From NCBI GenBank assembly GCA_964600195.1, contig CAZRIR010000001.1, positions 1 through 33,185 of the forward strand: a stretch of DNA of 33,185 nucleotides. Reading direction: 5' to 3'. Numbering within the stretch: the first letter of the stretch is position 1; each line of letters opens with the position of its first letter. Of this stretch, positions 30,814 to 33,185 are shown piece after piece. The stretch comes from an uncultured archaeon (GTDB taxonomy: Archaea > Asgardarchaeota > Lokiarchaeia > Sigyniarchaeales > SOKP01). Below the pieces are notes generated by a model. That model saw only the letters and a program-made list of their open reading frames with translations. It had not been told where the DNA came from and did not search any database. A program made the position numbers and the translations under genes.

Positions 30814-33171
30814 TCATGCTTTGTTATGGCATAAACGCTCGAGTAGGGTTGGATCGACCAGTTCCTTTGGTTCCCATCCTTTTTCCTTGAGATATGCTTG
30901 AACCTCATCTTTAATGCTGATTGGGATGTCCGCATCCACTCTGATAAATTTCTCCAAATCATTCGGGAATTGAACACCCTTGTATTTTCGTTCGAGATCG
31001 ATCCAATGGGACAATTTAATCATTCTTCCCTTGGAATTATCTGCGGGTCTCAAGCACAGTTTAGCGGTCAAGCAAATTGCTTGTTCGATAGATTCCGCAG
31101 TGGTTAAAAGATGTTCCGGACCGGGTCCGACTAAATGACCAGAGGTACCATCTCTTGCATTATAAACCTTCCAATTCTCTTCATCGTATGTTCTTCCAAG
31201 ATACATCCTTCTATATTCTGCAGAATGAGGTCCACAAATCGCAGGAATGCCCATGCCATTACAGCTACTTGCAATGCTTGCTGCTTTTTGACTCATGGCA
31301 CCCCAAGCGACGCCACAAGCGCCTACTCTATTGAGGATATAGTCTGCGATCTCTTCATAATTTCCGCGTAAAGGACGCCTTGCAAAAATATTTGCTATTT
31401 TAATTGCTGCACCATTAATGTGTGGATTGCTGACACAACTTCCAACATTTACAAGACCACCTCTATCAAAATACCCTGGGAACCGATCATATAATGTTTT
31501 ACCTTCTTCGTCCTTTACAAGACCAATGTCCATCGCTCCACATCCCGAAACGACCACGATATAATTTCTCACTAAGAATTCTTCTGCCATCATGTATAAT
31601 TCCTGAATCTCCTTGGCATAATTCGCACATCCAATTATGGCCACGACTCCTGGAATTTCGCCTAAAACTACAGGCGCCCCCACGTTTCTTATTTCCACGT
31701 CTTGAATGGGACCCCGTCCTGCTCTCATGTTAAATGTTTCATTTCGAATCTTATCCCGTGCAGCATACATGATGAGGGTTAATGGGGATACTTCTTTCTT
31801 GCAATCTGCTTCGCATCGCCCACAATCCAAACAAGAATCAAATACGCCTTCTAATACAGAGAAATCTCCTTCTTTTGCTAATTTCACGCCCTCAACAATT
31901 GGTAAATCATTTGGACAATTCCTTTGACAATTTCCACAGCCATTACAGTTCATTGCCATGTCAATACAACCTTGTTTATCAGGAATGCCACTCTTGGCTG
32001 CCCTGATTGGTTTTACTTTAATTGCAGTTTCTACGGCAATTTTTCCAGCTTTTATTGGATCAAGAATTAAAATTCCAGGTGTCTTACCGCTAACCAGGTC
32101 AGCAATGACTTCATCAACAGGATCACTTGTTCTATTAGGAAGACCTCCCATGTTTTTTTCATTCGTTGCAATGAAGGGAGCATTCACTAATTTCGCTTGT
32201 TCAAAACTTCTCAAGTTGACACATTGCTCATCAACCATCACGACATCTGCCAGTCCAGAACGAATATAAAACATTTGACGGGAAAGAGATCCTACTATTT
32301 TCGCACCATCATAATATCTGGTTAAATCAATAGCAGTGCAACAAATTGCTCCGACATCAACTTTTTCTTCTAAATCATTTTCTCTCATGTAATCTACTAA
32401 TTCAATACCAGGGGCTACATTATGCCCAATCATTAAAATAGTGGCTTTTTTTTCAAAATCCAGTGTACCCATGCCTAATTCAATGATAGGGACATCAGGG
32501 TCACCCATTGGAAACCCATAAGCTGCAATCTGAACAGCATCAGAAATTTCCATTCCCACGGCATCCGCTAATCCTGCTAAAAAACTTTTTGCTTCATAAT
32601 CCAGGTGATTAGATTCCTGCCCGGTATGACCTGCTGCTAATAAATGAGTGATGGTATAATGAACCCATTCCATTGCGGTCTCTAAATCTTCTAAACATTC
32701 AGGTTTCATGCCAATTATTAATCGAGTACAAGGCATTTCTACAGCAATGTTATTTCCATAATTAATGGCAACATTACCATATTTTTCTTTTAACCAATGC
32801 AAGAGATGATCTCCGTGGGCACTATGACAAGCGGCACCAATGCAACAAGCAATTTCAACAATTCGAGCGTTTTGAGTTTGCATGTTAATACCACAAGCTC
32901 CCGTTCTTCCCTTGGAAAGATTACACTTACCATACGTGCAGAGACAACACATGTCACATATTGGCATGTAGGTGGGGTTATATCTTTCCATTAACTTGAA
33001 GAACCATGGACGTAATGTAGGGATGTGTGGTTTTGGATGGGGACCCATGGGCTCCCATTCAGATTCATCCCCCTCTCTTATTACCTTTCCGGTAGTAAAC
33101 TCAAATCCCTTGATCGTGCCGAGAGGTCCTTTATAGGAATCAATTTTGAGCCTTGCTCCTTTTTCTGTCAT
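30814..33171 (-). CDS. cdhA: CO dehydrogenase/acetyl-CoA synthase complex alpha subunit (archaeal ACDS CdhA)
   Basis: 785 aa. N-terminal Cys cluster CDMCCLCTYGKCNL...GACGI and CCIGAACHSAHGDH, inserted ferredoxin-like CNGCGNCQRNCP / CLDCGRCEADC, and C-cluster region GCANY, SGCGA, VGSCVSN. Confidence 0.95.
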   Translation of the reverse strand: MTEKGARLKIDSYKGPLGTIKGFEFTTGKVIREGDESEWEPMGPHPKPHIPTLRPWFFKLMERYNPTYMPICDMCCLCTYGKCNLSKGRTGACGINMQTQNARIVEIACCIGAACHSAHGDHLLHWLKEKYGNVAINYGNNIAVEMPCTRLIIGMKPECLEDLETAMEWVHYTITHLLAAGHTGQESNHLDYEAKSFLAGLADAVGMEISDAVQIAAYGFPMGDPDVPIIELGMGTLDFEKKATILMIGHNVAPGIELVDYMRENDLEEKVDVGAICCTAIDLTRYYDGAKIVGSLSRQMFYIRSGLADVVMVDEQCVNLRSFEQAKLVNAPFIATNEKNMGGLPNRTSDPVDEVIADLVSGKTPGILILDPIKAGKIAVETAIKVKPIRAAKSGIPDKQGCIDMAMNCNGCGNCQRNCPNDLPIVEGVKLAKEGDFSVLEGVFDSCLDCGRCEADCKKEVSPLTLIMYAARDKIRNETFNMRAGRGPIQDVEIRNVGAPVVLGEIPGVVAIIGCANYAKEIQELYMMAEEFLVRNYIVVVSGCGAMDIGLVKDEEGKTLYDRFPGYFDRGGLVNVGSCVSNPHINGAAIKIANIFARRPLRGNYEEIADYILNRVGACGVAWGAMSQKAASIASSCNGMGIPAICGPHSAEYRRMYLGRTYDEENWKVYNARDGTSGHLVGPGPEHLLTTAESIEQAICLTAKLCLRPADNSKGRMIKLSHWIDLERKYKGVQFPNDLEKFIRVDADIPISIKDEVQAYLKEKGWEPKELVDPTLLERLCHNKA

Positions 33172-33185
33172 GTTTTTCTCATTTT

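Noticed and set aside
1-33185. Scan for CRISPR arrays, tRNA/rRNA genes, transposases/integrases and prophage or defence-island content
   Set aside because: There is no regularly spaced direct-repeat array, no GC-rich cloverleaf-sized island other than the hdrA 3' UTR element, and no ORF with recombinase, transposase, nuclease or defence-type motifs. The window looks like core metabolic chromosome.

Overview
Low-GC archaeal chromosomal segment. Background is about 25% G+C in hand-counted stretches, with GC-richer conserved genes. Gene content (archaeal-type cdhA, Cdc48, hdr/mvh, selenocysteine use, many response regulators) fits an anaerobic Asgard (Lokiarchaeia-like) or related archaeon; this taxonomic call is inference only. 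The window is dominated by Wood-Ljungdahl and electron-bifurcation genes: metV-metF, an hdrC-like gene, two hdrA paralogues, an mvhD/mvhG/mvhA-type [NiFe] hydrogenase, an MtdA-like methylene-H4MPT/H4F dehydrogenase and CODH/ACS alpha subunit cdhA. Also present are gdhA, a CoA-transferase-GNAT fusion, a Usp protein, a histidine kinase with two receiver proteins, an acyl-CoA synthetase, Cdc48, two TauE/SafE permeases and Lrp/AsnC regulators. I recognised no rRNA, tRNA, CRISPR array or mobile element. Main hunt results: (1) The first hdrA paralogue is split in the ORF track only by three in-frame TGA codons. Each sits exactly where the second, Cys-type paralogue in this same window has a conserved cysteine, so it reads as a triple-selenocysteine HdrA. 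A GC-rich stem-loop about 50 nt past its stop is a SECIS candidate. (2) The Cys-type paralogue is a wHTH-HdrA-MvhD triple fusion heading an mvhG-mvhA-unknown operon. (3) A 16-nt CGAA-N5-TTCG palindrome followed after exactly 15 nt by TTAAATA occurs three times, upstream of metVF, the hdrA-mvh operon and a small ORF, suggesting a shared regulon. (4) A 22-nt perfect inverted copy forms twin divergent promoters for hdrC and a hypothetical gene. (5) A three-member family of uncharacterised proteins sits next to both hdrA loci. All functional calls come from reading motifs in the translations; no database search was run.
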